From positions 57,062 to 121,061 of the forward strand of contig DASYHD010000040.1 of assembly GCA_035998945.1 (NCBI GenBank): a stretch of 64,000 nucleotides of DNA, given 5' to 3'. Numbering within the stretch: position 1 is the stretch's first letter; each line of letters starts with the position of its first letter. A model generated the notes under the pieces. It saw only the letters and a list, made by a program, of their open reading frames with translations, made no database searches and was not told the origin of the DNA. Below, in pieces: positions 10,325 through 19,286 of this stretch. The position numbers were made by a program, and so were the translations under genes. This stretch comes from Flavisolibacter sp. Its GTDB lineage: Bacteria; Bacteroidota; Bacteroidia; Chitinophagales; Chitinophagaceae.

Positions 10325-13234
10325 ATGAACATGAAGAAGTTTGTATTTGTTGTTACCTGTTTGCTCCTCTATGGTTCCTTTGTTCAATACAGCCGCCGTT
10401 CTCCTGCCGACGAGTGGGTGGACACTGTATTTAAATCGCTTTCCAAAGAAGAGAAGATCGCACAACTAATGGTGATCCGTGCTCACAGCAACCTGGGCCC
10501 CGATCATGTGCAACAAGTAACTGAACTGATTCGAAAATACAATGTTGGTTCGTTGTGTTTTTTTCAGGGTGGCCCTCTACGGCAGGCCAATCTGACCAAC
10601 TTTTATCAAGCCATTGCCAAAACACCGCTACTCATCACCATTGATGGTGAGTGGGGATTGGGCATGCGTCTCGATAGCGTAACCAAATATCCCTACCAAT
10701 TAACACTGGGCGCACTTTCAAATGAAAAGCTGGTGTACGACATGGGCGTAGCTGTTGGCGAACAGATGAAACGCATTGGTGTACACGTAAACTATGCGCC
10801 GGTTGTTGACATCAACAACAATCCGGCAAACCCGGTGATTGGCTACCGCTCCTTTGGCGAGGATAAAGTTAAAGTGGCCGATCTGGGTGTAGCTTATGCC
10901 AAAGGCATGCAGGCTGCAGGTATTATGGCCTGCGCCAAACATTTTCCAGGCCATGGCGATGTGGCGGTAGATTCGCACTACGACCTGCCGGTGATCAATA
11001 AAAGCAAAGAGAGCCTGGATACGCTGGAACTTTATCCTTTTAAAAAATTATTTGAAGCCGGCGTGGGAAGTGCCATGATCGCACATCTGGCCATACCGGC
11101 CATCGACAACAGAACCAATCGTCCTACTTCACTTTCTGTTTATAATGTAACAGATCTCTTACGGGAAGAAATGGGTTACGATGGCCTGACGTTTACCGAT
11201 GCGCTGGAGATGAAAGGCGTAGCGAAGTTCTTTGGTGGTGGCGAAGCGGCCGTGGAAGCCCTTATCGCCGGTAACGATATGCTTTGCCTGCCGGAAAGTG
11301 TGCCTGCCACGATTGATGCGGTGAAAAAAGCCATCAAAGAAAAGCGTCTGAGTTGGGATGATATCGATAAAAAAGTTCGTCGCGTTTTGCATGCTAAATA
11401 TAATTTGGGCCTTGATAAACCACAGGTTATTGATACGACAAACCTGTTGGAAGACCTGAACAAGAACACGGAAAGCATTCGCCAGAAAGTAGCCGCCAAC
11501 GTGATTACAGTCATGCGAAACACAGCAGGCCTGCTGCCGTTTGTAGCGGGTGAACGCACAGCCTATGTCGGTGTGGGTACCTCAACGCTCAACACCTTTG
11601 GTAAGCGCCTGGCGGCTGATTTTAAAGCCGATACCTTTTTACTTGATTATAAGGCTAACACCACCCAAGCCAATGCCATATTGAATGCGGTAAAAGGCAA
11701 ATATAACAGGGTAGTGATCGGGTTGCACAATTACTCTCCCCGTCCGTCCAATAACTATGGGATTTCAAAAGCCGCCATTGATCTTATTACTAACCTGCAG
11801 GATGGCAATGCGCTGACATTTGTGTTTGGAAATGTTTATGCAGCGCAAAACTTCTGCAACGCTTCTACGCTGGTTGCAATGTATGAGGATGATGCTGCTT
11901 TTCAGAATGCCGCCGCCGACTTTTTACAAGGCGGGCTTGCTGCCAAGGGAACGCTTCCGGTAACGGTTTGCGATGTTCAGTATGGTACCGGCATTGCACT
12001 TAACACCTTTATGCCTGTTGGCGATTCGCCGGAATGGAAACCTGTAGATGCCATTGTAGAAGAAGGCCTGGCAAAAAAAGCGTATCCGGGAGCTGTGGTG
12101 CTGGCTGTGCAGAACGGCGTTATTAAATACCACAAGGCGTTTGGCCGTTACGAGTTTGATTCTTCTTCAAAGCCCGTATCGCTGGAAAGTATCTACGACT
12201 TGGCTTCGGTAACCAAAATTTCAGCAACCACTGTTGCGGTGATGAAGTTGTATGAAGAAGGAAAGCTTGACCTGAACAAGACACTGGGTGATTATTTACC
12301 GATCACTGTGGGTACTGATAAAGCACCGCTCCGCATCAAGGACGTGCTGCTGCACCGAGCTGGCCTCAACCCCTATATTTCTTTTTATCGAGAGACAATT
12401 GACCAGACTACCGGCGAACCTTCCAACGCCATTTACCGTACAATAGCGGATACGCTGTATTCTATTCCGGTAGCAAACAATGTTTGGCTGCGCCGCGACT
12501 GGAATGATACTATGATGAAACGCATTGTGGACAGCAAGCTGGGGCCACACGGTAAATATGTTTACAGCGACAACGATTTTATTCTGCTGGGAAAAGTGAT
12601 TGAGGCCATTTCGGGCCTAACGCTTGACCAATACCTGCACAAAACATTTTACCGGCCGATGGGCATGGCTTCTACCAGCTTTCAGCCCTGGAAACGGTTT
12701 GTACAGGCAGGCATTGTTCCCACTGAAAATGAAAAATACTTCCGCCGGCAAGTGCTGCAGGGTTATGTGCACGACGAAGGCGCAGCCATGTTTGGCGGAG
12801 TATCGGGACACGCAGGCCTGTTCTCCAATGCATACGACCTTTCCATGCTTTACCAAATGCTCCTGAATAGCGGAACCTTTAACGGGGAACGTTACCTGCA
12901 GCCGGAAACGATAAAACTGTTTACGGCCTATGGCGCCAACGAAAGCCGCAGAGGATTGGGTTTTGATAAACCTGAAAAAGACAATGCCTCCCGCAAAGAG
13001 CCGTATCCTTCTGCCCTGGCCTCACCGGCAACCTTTGGCCATACCGGCTTTACCGGTACCTGCGTTTGGGTAGATCCTAAAGCTGACCTGGTATATATTT
13101 TCTTGTCGAACCGGGTATATAACACAAGGGCCAACAATCTTTTGGGGCAATTAAACATCCGCGGCCGCATCCAGGATGCGATCTACAAAGCGCTGGAAGA
13201 AGAACAGAAAATCAAAATGACGGCGAAGTTTTAA
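10325..13234 (+). CDS. GH3 beta-N-acetylglucosaminidase fused to a C-terminal serine hydrolase (beta-lactamase/AmiE-like)
   Basis: GH3 motifs IDGEWG, KHFPGHG and TDALEM; serine-hydrolase motifs ASVTK (SxxK), YSD and GHTGFTG; N-terminal signal. Confidence 0.92.
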   Translation: MNMKKFVFVVTCLLLYGSFVQYSRRSPADEWVDTVFKSLSKEEKIAQLMVIRAHSNLGPDHVQQVTELIRKYNVGSLCFFQGGPLRQANLTNFYQAIAKTPLLITIDGEWGLGMRLDSVTKYPYQLTLGALSNEKLVYDMGVAVGEQMKRIGVHVNYAPVVDINNNPANPVIGYRSFGEDKVKVADLGVAYAKGMQAAGIMACAKHFPGHGDVAVDSHYDLPVINKSKESLDTLELYPFKKLFEAGVGSAMIAHLAIPAIDNRTNRPTSLSVYNVTDLLREEMGYDGLTFTDALEMKGVAKFFGGGEAAVEALIAGNDMLCLPESVPATIDAVKKAIKEKRLSWDDIDKKVRRVLHAKYNLGLDKPQVIDTTNLLEDLNKNTESIRQKVAANVITVMRNTAGLLPFVAGERTAYVGVGTSTLNTFGKRLAADFKADTFLLDYKANTTQANAILNAVKGKYNRVVIGLHNYSPRPSNNYGISKAAIDLITNLQDGNALTFVFGNVYAAQNFCNASTLVAMYEDDAAFQNAAADFLQGGLAAKGTLPVTVCDVQYGTGIALNTFMPVGDSPEWKPVDAIVEEGLAKKAYPGAVVLAVQNGVIKYHKAFGRYEFDSSSKPVSLESIYDLASVTKISATTVAVMKLYEEGKLDLNKTLGDYLPITVGTDKAPLRIKDVLLHRAGLNPYISFYRETIDQTTGEPSNAIYRTIADTLYSIPVANNVWLRRDWNDTMMKRIVDSKLGPHGKYVYSDNDFILLGKVIEAISGLTLDQYLHKTFYRPMGMASTSFQPWKRFVQAGIVPTENEKYFRRQVLQGYVHDEGAAMFGGVSGHAGLFSNAYDLSMLYQMLLNSGTFNGERYLQPETIKLFTAYGANESRRGLGFDKPEKDNASRKEPYPSALASPATFGHTGFTGTCVWVDPKADLVYIFLSNRVYNTRANNLLGQLNIRGRIQDAIYKALEEEQKIKMTAKF

Positions 13235-13260
13235 GCGTTGCAAGACATAAGAGATAAAAT

Positions 13261-13288
13261 AAAAAAGTGGCCCGGGAGCCACTTTTTT
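13261..13288. terminator. bidirectional intrinsic terminator
   Basis: aaaaaagtggc/gccactttttt hairpin between convergent genes. Confidence 0.7.
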
Positions 13289-13321
13289 ATTTTATCAACC
13301 GTTAGGTTCATGTTTGTTTGA

Positions 13322-14779
13322 TTACTCTTCCGGCTTTTGATTGTTTTTACTGCCACCTCCTTGTTGCGGACGTTGCTGTTGTTGGCCGCCACCTTGCCGC
13401 TGCTGCTGGGGTTTTCCACCCTGTGGCCGTTGACCACCTGTCTGCGGCTTTTGTTGTTGCTGACCGCCGCCACCGCGTTGCTGCATATTGCCGGGCTTTT
13501 GCTGTTGCCCGCCTTGTTGCGGTCTTTGCTGCTGGCTGCTTCCTTGCGGTTTTTGTTGTTGTGGCTGGCCCGGGCCTTTTTTCTGCACCGGTAAATTGGG
13601 CTTTCCGGGTTGCGCAGTGCCGGGTGCCAATTGCTTACTGCCCTTTTGCTGCTGCTGGCGCTGATCACGACCCCTGTCGCGGCGCTTTTTGTCAGCTTTT
13701 TCAAGGCTGCGCAGGCTGATATGACCTACCACATCCACAAACTCCGGCTCCACCTCTTTCACTTTACTGGAAACAACTTCCACGGCCTCCAGTTCATCGG
13801 GAACAGCTCCCTGCATGTTCATGGATTTGATCTTTCGTACCCGCTCAATGGTCAGGGGGTATTGCTTGTTGCTTTGCGGCAGCACATACCACATCAGGTT
13901 TTTAAAGATGTCCTTTTTGATAAGGGTTGCCGTACCCTTGGCTACCTGCAGTATGTCGGCATTTTCGGGGAAGCCCTGCAATGCATCCAGATAAGTGTCC
14001 AGTTCGTAGTTCAAACAACATTTCAAACGGCCGCATTGACCGCTTAATTTGGTTTGATTGATAGATAAATTCTGGTAACGGGCCGCTGCCGTATTCACTG
14101 ATTTGAAATCGGTAAGCCATGTAGCGCAGCAAAGCTCACGTCCGCAGGAGCCAATGCCGCCTACTTTTCCGCTTTCCTGGCGGGCACCAATCTGCCGCAT
14201 CTCTACCTTCACCCGAAACTCGGAAGCAAAGATCTTGATCATTTCGCGGAAATCAACCCGGTCATCAGCTATGTAATAAAATGTTGCTTTTTTGCCGTCG
14301 GCCTGAAACTCCACTTCACTCATTTTCATGTTCAGATTCAGCTGCCGGGCAATGGCACGGCTACGAATGAGTGCTTCGGCCTCACGGGCTTTGTTGGTGC
14401 GCCACAGATCCAGGTCGCGGTCGGTAGCCCGGCGCAGGATTTTTTTCATTTCCGGCGCCATTTCGTTGACGCCCCGTTTTTTTAACTGGAGGCGTACAAC
14501 CTCACCAGTCAGTGAAACTTCGCCAACATCAAAACCGCTGACACCTTCCACGGAGATCATATCTCCTTTTTCCAGTTGGTGCAGCATTGTATTGCGGTAA
14601 AAATCTTTTCGGCTGCCCTGACTAAAGCTGACCTCCACTACACGGCAGGTATCAGCATCGTTGATTGGTAAATTGCGCAGCCAGTCGTAAGTATTCATCC
14701 GGTTACATCCGCCGGTACTGCAGCCGCCGTTGCTTTTGCATCCATTGGGTTTACCTGTGCCACATGAACCACATCCCAT
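13322..14779 (-). CDS. ricT: PSP1-domain protein (RicT/YaaT family) with Q/G-rich C-terminal tail
   Basis: Cys-rich MGCGSCG N-terminus, GGIGSCGRELCC and KLSGQCGRLKCCLNYE; adjacent to holB. Start moved to ATG 14779. Confidence 0.88.
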   Translation of the reverse strand: MGCGSCGTGKPNGCKSNGGCSTGGCNRMNTYDWLRNLPINDADTCRVVEVSFSQGSRKDFYRNTMLHQLEKGDMISVEGVSGFDVGEVSLTGEVVRLQLKKRGVNEMAPEMKKILRRATDRDLDLWRTNKAREAEALIRSRAIARQLNLNMKMSEVEFQADGKKATFYYIADDRVDFREMIKIFASEFRVKVEMRQIGARQESGKVGGIGSCGRELCCATWLTDFKSVNTAAARYQNLSINQTKLSGQCGRLKCCLNYELDTYLDALQGFPENADILQVAKGTATLIKKDIFKNLMWYVLPQSNKQYPLTIERVRKIKSMNMQGAVPDELEAVEVVSSKVKEVEPEFVDVVGHISLRSLEKADKKRRDRGRDQRQQQQKGSKQLAPGTAQPGKPNLPVQKKGPGQPQQQKPQGSSQQQRPQQGGQQQKPGNMQQRGGGGQQQQKPQTGGQRPQGGKPQQQRQGGGQQQQRPQQGGGSKNNQKPEE

Positions 14780-15085
14780 GCTATCTCTAATATTTATTCG
14801 GTTAATTAATAGAGGCAATAGGCAGGGGAGAAGGGAAAGTTCAGGGTAAGTTAAAAGTCAAAAGGTAAAAATCAAGACCTTTAGAACATGATCTTTTCAT
14901 ATAGGTTTACAGTTGCAACATGCTATTACATCGCTTCTGGTAAAAAGGAGATACAATGGTAGCTCCCTTTTCACTTTTACTTTTGAGTTTTTACTTATTT
15001 ATACTGAGTATAGAATAACTTTCGTTTCCTTCTTCACAATGCCGATAACCTCGGATATATATTGATCCTCTTTCGAGGGAATAAG

Positions 15086-15093
15086 CAAATATA
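15086..15093 (-). promoter_or_regulatory. -7 promoter element for ricT
   Basis: Reverse complement TATATTTG = TAnnTTTG, just downstream of the holB stop. Confidence 0.55.
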
Positions 15094-15126
15094 ATTTTTT
15101 TAGGTTAGCGAGAGGCAATTGCTTTG

Positions 15127-16347
15127 CTATACCGAAACAACCACCCCGTTTTTAACAATGTGGAACAGCTTGATGGTCAGTGCATGAAAAAGGATTTTGG
15201 CATTGGCGTTCCGCTCAATATAGTAGGAGGCTTTATCCAGTTCCTCAGCGATGGCTTCTTTTTGCTCTACTGAAATTTGTTTGTTCAGCTTCAGGGCAAA
15301 ATCCCGTTCGCCAGATGACATGGCTGCCAGTAAGGCTTCCTGCAAATGGCCGGAACTGATCTGTAGCCGCAGCGCCTGTTCCAAAAGGTGAATAAAATAG
15401 CGCAGAAACTGTTTTTGCGCCTCGCGGCCAAGGCGGGCAATCTCTTCAATGATTTTTACCTGTGCTGCCGGACCGGTCCGTAAAATGGCATTCAGCCATT
15501 CCCGCAGCGGGTTGAAATAATCTTCTCCGGCATGCTGCAAAAGCTGCAGGGCTTCGCGGTAGTTGCCCTCGCAGGCATTGGCAATCAGTTTAGCCTGGTC
15601 GGGGGCAATACCGGCTTTTGCCGCAAGGGTTGTTTGCACATCTTCGGGTTGCAGGGCCGGGACCTTTATCAACTGGCAGCGGGAGAGAATGGTATTGAGA
15701 ATGGCACTTTCGTTTTCGGCCACCAGTATAAACAAGGTGTCGGCAGGCGGCTCTTCAATGAGCTTCAGCAGCTTATTCCCTTCTTTACCCAGGTATTCTG
15801 GCATCCAGAGCACCAGGATCTTGTACCCGCTTTCAAAACTTTTCAGGTTCAGTTTGCGAATGATATCGTTACACTCCTGTGCCGTAATATTCCCCTGCTT
15901 GTTTTCGGCACCGATGAATTGCAGCCAGTCATAGACATTGCCGTAGGGCAATTGCTGGACAAACTCCCGCCATTCGGTGATATAATCTGTGCTAAGAGGA
16001 GGAGAGCCCGCTTTTTTGGTGATGACAGGGTAGGAATAGTGAATATCCGGGTGAACCATCTGCGCCGCCTTTTGATAAGATGCCTGCTTTTGCATCCAGG
16101 CGTCGGCTTCGTCGGGTGTAGAGGGCAGTTTCACTTCTACCGGTTCGCCGAACAGGGACGCTTCCCCGGCGGTAGCGGACGCTGTCGGTAAAAGAGAGAC
16201 ATAGTTTGCAAAAGCAAACGCCAGGGGCAGGGCACCGCTGCCTTCTTTCCCTAAAAAAAGAAGGGCATGGCTGATACGGTTGTGCTGAACCATTTCTACC
16301 AGGTGTTGTTTCACCTCCTGCTGACCGATAACATCTTTGAATAACAT
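15127..16347 (-). CDS. holB: DNA polymerase III subunit delta'
   Basis: HALLFLGKEGSG, HPDIHY, NKLLKLIEEPP, TILSRCQ. Confidence 0.92.
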   Translation of the reverse strand: MLFKDVIGQQEVKQHLVEMVQHNRISHALLFLGKEGSGALPLAFAFANYVSLLPTASATAGEASLFGEPVEVKLPSTPDEADAWMQKQASYQKAAQMVHPDIHYSYPVITKKAGSPPLSTDYITEWREFVQQLPYGNVYDWLQFIGAENKQGNITAQECNDIIRKLNLKSFESGYKILVLWMPEYLGKEGNKLLKLIEEPPADTLFILVAENESAILNTILSRCQLIKVPALQPEDVQTTLAAKAGIAPDQAKLIANACEGNYREALQLLQHAGEDYFNPLREWLNAILRTGPAAQVKIIEEIARLGREAQKQFLRYFIHLLEQALRLQISSGHLQEALLAAMSSGERDFALKLNKQISVEQKEAIAEELDKASYYIERNANAKILFHALTIKLFHIVKNGVVVSV

Positions 16348-16395
16348 TTATCTGAACTGGGATTTATGGGATAACCGGAATGTATGGATAAGAAA

Positions 16396-16418
16396 AGGCC
16401 GCCAACTTCAGGCGGCCT
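16396..16418 (-). terminator. hairpin/terminator after the glutathione peroxidase gene
   Basis: aggccgcc-N7-ggcggcct with an A-run on the + strand (T-run on the - strand). Confidence 0.55.
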
Positions 16419-16464
16419 CAAATATCTTTAAATCCCAGTTATCTTATCTATCCCGGTTCAGAAA

Positions 16465-16986
16465 TTAGTTGAGATGAACGGTAATTTCTTCACTTATGGG
16501 ACTAACCTTGCTTGGAAATACTTTTACCAGCTTCCCGTTTTCATCTACCAGAAACTTGGTAAAGTTCCATTTGACCACCGGGTCGGGAGTGCCCATTTTT
16601 TTGGCTTCTTCGGTGAGGTATTTGAACAGGGCATGCGCATCGTCACCGACAACAGATACTTTTTCGGCCATGGGAAAGGTTACACCATAATTCTTTTTGC
16701 AAAAAGCGCCAATCTCCTCGTTGGTACCGGGTTCCTGGTCGGCAAAGTTGTTGGCAGGGAAACCAACAATCACCAGCTTGTTTTGGTATTTTTCATACAA
16801 CTTTTGCAACTCGGCATACTGTGGTGTGAGCCCGCATTTGGAAGCTGTATTCACCACGAGTACTTTTTTGCCTTTGAACTTCGCAAAATCAATTTCTTTT
16901 CCGTCAAGTCCGGCCACTTTAAAATCGTAAAAAGAATTTCCTGTCAGCATAATGGATAGAATTGAAGCGAGGATGAAAATTTTCAT
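16465..16986 (-). CDS. Cys-type glutathione peroxidase family protein
   Basis: VNTASKCGLTPQY, GFPANNF, WNFTKFLVD; Cys rather than Sec; short hydrophobic N-terminus. Confidence 0.93.
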   Translation of the reverse strand: MKIFILASILSIMLTGNSFYDFKVAGLDGKEIDFAKFKGKKVLVVNTASKCGLTPQYAELQKLYEKYQNKLVIVGFPANNFADQEPGTNEEIGAFCKKNYGVTFPMAEKVSVVGDDAHALFKYLTEEAKKMGTPDPVVKWNFTKFLVDENGKLVKVFPSKVSPISEEITVHLN

Positions 16987-17068
16987 GTTTTAAGTTTTAT
17001 ACGTTAGCTGTATAACACAATAAAGATAAGTTGGTTGAACGGAGAAGAATTGCAAATCTTACGTAAAA

Positions 17069-18475
17069 TCAGGGCCGCCATTCGTAAGCACCAAGATCGG
17101 GAGCCGGCCCGAAGGGTCTTTGCTTTCCATCCAGGTCAAATTGTAAACCGGCAGGTGTGCCGGCATTGATGGCTGGCGAACCTTCCTTCAAGCGGAAATT
17201 ATAATACCGCTCTGCCGTATTGATGCTGTCGAAAAGCGGTTCGCTGGTCAGTGCCCTGTTGATGGTAGCATTGGCCGGAGGTGTTTGCACCCGCCACAAT
17301 ACATTGTCGAACAGAACAGAAAAGCTGGTATTGCCTTGCTTGGCGGTGACCACTTCGTCTTTGACGAAACCATTTTCCTCGCCCCAGAAAATACAGTTGC
17401 GGAAAGTGGCGGAAAGGTCATTTACGGTAATGCTGTTGCTCTGGGTAATAAAGTTTGTCAGCAACAGCACCGGGTCTTTGTGCTTAACATAGTTGTTGGA
17501 AAAGGAAGCAAATGTGCTGTGTGTAAACTGGTAGTTTCCACCCAATGCCAGTATTGTATTCTTGCCGCAGTTGGCGACAAGCAGGTTGCGGGCCGTGATG
17601 CTTGTATTAATGCCCAGCAGCCCGACATCGTAAGCATTTTCAATAATGGTTTCGTTCAGGGTAAGCTTGGTGCCTGAAGGTGCCGGGTCTGTTACAACAA
17701 TGCCCTGGTAAGCATTTCTAATAATAGCGTAGTTGAGCACATTGCCCTTGCTGCTACCCGTGAAAAACAGCCCTGGGTATGAAGCCGGAAAATTGCGATA
17801 AGGTTCGTCCAGCCGGTCGCCGGTAAAGACCACTCTTGTACTGTCGTACTGTTCACCGTTTACTTGTAATGACCCATGAACGACAAACGGTGCATCGGCA
17901 TGCATGTACACTTTGCATCCCTTGTTAATGGTAAGGGTAGCTGTGGTATCTACCGTAAGCCCGCCAAGGATTACGTAAGGCAGGTCATTGTTCCAGGCTT
18001 GCTGTCCGGTGATGGTATGGTTTCGCAAAAAATGTGCATTCTGCCCGAAAGCTTCTAACTGTACCCAATTGCTGTTGCCGTTGTAGGAAATCTCAATACT
18101 GTCCCGAACAACAAAGGGCAAATCTTGCGCTGTTGGATTGATGCTCACTGTTACATATATATAAACACTGTCGTTGCCCGGCACTTCAACATTGCTGATC
18201 TGCGGACCCGGTATCCCGTCTGCATTGATACGGAAAGGAGAGGAGGTGCCTCCACCCAATCGAACAGAAGAAATGCGAATGCCATCCTTATTGTTGTTGA
18301 TGACTTTTACAAATTGCGAAACCGAACCTGCTGTGGTAAAAACGGTATCAAAATGAAGTGTATCAACGCTGGGTTGAAGTAAGGCACTAGTGTCTGAAGT
18401 AAAGGATTCTTTCCGGCACGAAAAGAAAAAAAGGAGCAATGCGGCAATGCAAAAAAGGTTTTTCACCAGGTTCAT
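17069..18475 (-). CDS. lipoprotein with Ig-like domain, parallel beta-helix and choice-of-anchor-Q-like C-terminus
   Basis: Lipobox FFFSC; beta-helix-like repeats; C-terminal SPAINAG...DLDGKQRP...DLGAYE. Start moved to ATG 18475. Confidence 0.75.
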   Translation of the reverse strand: MNLVKNLFCIAALLLFFFSCRKESFTSDTSALLQPSVDTLHFDTVFTTAGSVSQFVKVINNNKDGIRISSVRLGGGTSSPFRINADGIPGPQISNVEVPGNDSVYIYVTVSINPTAQDLPFVVRDSIEISYNGNSNWVQLEAFGQNAHFLRNHTITGQQAWNNDLPYVILGGLTVDTTATLTINKGCKVYMHADAPFVVHGSLQVNGEQYDSTRVVFTGDRLDEPYRNFPASYPGLFFTGSSKGNVLNYAIIRNAYQGIVVTDPAPSGTKLTLNETIIENAYDVGLLGINTSITARNLLVANCGKNTILALGGNYQFTHSTFASFSNNYVKHKDPVLLLTNFITQSNSITVNDLSATFRNCIFWGEENGFVKDEVVTAKQGNTSFSVLFDNVLWRVQTPPANATINRALTSEPLFDSINTAERYYNFRLKEGSPAINAGTPAGLQFDLDGKQRPFGPAPDLGAYEWRP

Positions 18476-18492
18476 ACGGGGATAAAAATACA

Positions 18493-19191
18493 CTAGCGGC
18501 TCGAAAAACAAAGAGTAGCCAGGCTAAGTTGTACGTCCGACGCTTCCAGTAACGAAGCGCCGCAGGCTTCCAACGTGGCGCCGGTGGTGATCACATCATC
18601 TATCAACAAAATGTGTTTTTGTTCAACGGCTGCCGGCTTTTGCAGTTCAAATCGTCCTTCCATGTTCAGCCAGCGTTCAACGCGGTTCTTTTTAGTCTGG
18701 CTTTCGGTATGTGTGGTTCTGATGACCACATCTTTCAACACTGGTTTCTGTAAAACTGAGGCAATGCCTTCGCACAGAACGGTTGCCTGATTGTAGCCGC
18801 GTTTGCGTTCTTTGGCTGGGAATAAAGGAAGCGGTACCATTGCATCCACATAACGAAACCGGTTAGATGCTGCCAGGGCGTATCCCATTAACCTTCCCAG
18901 ATAAAGTCCCAGTTCTTTGTTACCCCTGTATTTCAACTGGTGCATCAGGTGCTGCATCATCGAACCTTTGGTAAAATAGTACTGTGCTGTGGCGGATGTA
19001 AGGGGTAGTCGTCCCCAATAAATCTTTTCTACAGGATTATTCGGGTAAAGATGAAACTCTGTTTTGGGAAGTGCTGCCAAACAACGCAGACAAAGATGGT
19101 GATCGGGTTCCACTACATCGGTGCCGCAGGTTTCGCATACATGCGGAAACAGAAAGTGAAGGATGGATTCTTTAATATCGTTAAGCAGCAT
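18493..19191 (-). CDS. comF: ComF family phosphoribosyltransferase-domain protein
   Basis: CETC...CLRC zinc site, RGYNQ, LLIDDVITTGAT. Start moved to ATG 19191. Confidence 0.92.
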   Translation of the reverse strand: MLLNDIKESILHFLFPHVCETCGTDVVEPDHHLCLRCLAALPKTEFHLYPNNPVEKIYWGRLPLTSATAQYYFTKGSMMQHLMHQLKYRGNKELGLYLGRLMGYALAASNRFRYVDAMVPLPLFPAKERKRGYNQATVLCEGIASVLQKPVLKDVVIRTTHTESQTKKNRVERWLNMEGRFELQKPAAVEQKHILLIDDVITTGATLEACGASLLEASDVQLSLATLCFSSR

Positions 19192-19197
19192 GGTTGG

Positions 19198-19286
19198 TAT
19201 GCAGATATGCGAATATGCAGATGAAAGCCTTCTAAATATACTCAATTCCTTTCATCCGCACATCTGCATATTCGCATATCTGCATA
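19198..19286. repeat. perfect 26-bp inverted repeat made of 9-nt periodic units
   Basis: tatgcagatatgcgaatatgcagatg (19198-19223) and catctgcatattcgcatatctgcata (19261-19286). Confidence 0.9.

Noticed and set aside
12060-13234. Beta-lactam resistance gene
   Set aside because: SxxK-family serine hydrolases fused to GH3 are more plausibly amidases or esterases, and there is no evidence for beta-lactamase activity.
13231-14047. Several overlapping Ala/Leu- or Ser/Asn-rich ORFs
   Set aside because: They are alternative frames of the low-complexity RicT tail.
16465-16986. Selenocysteine recoding in the glutathione peroxidase
   Set aside because: The catalytic position is a Cys codon and there is no in-frame TGA.
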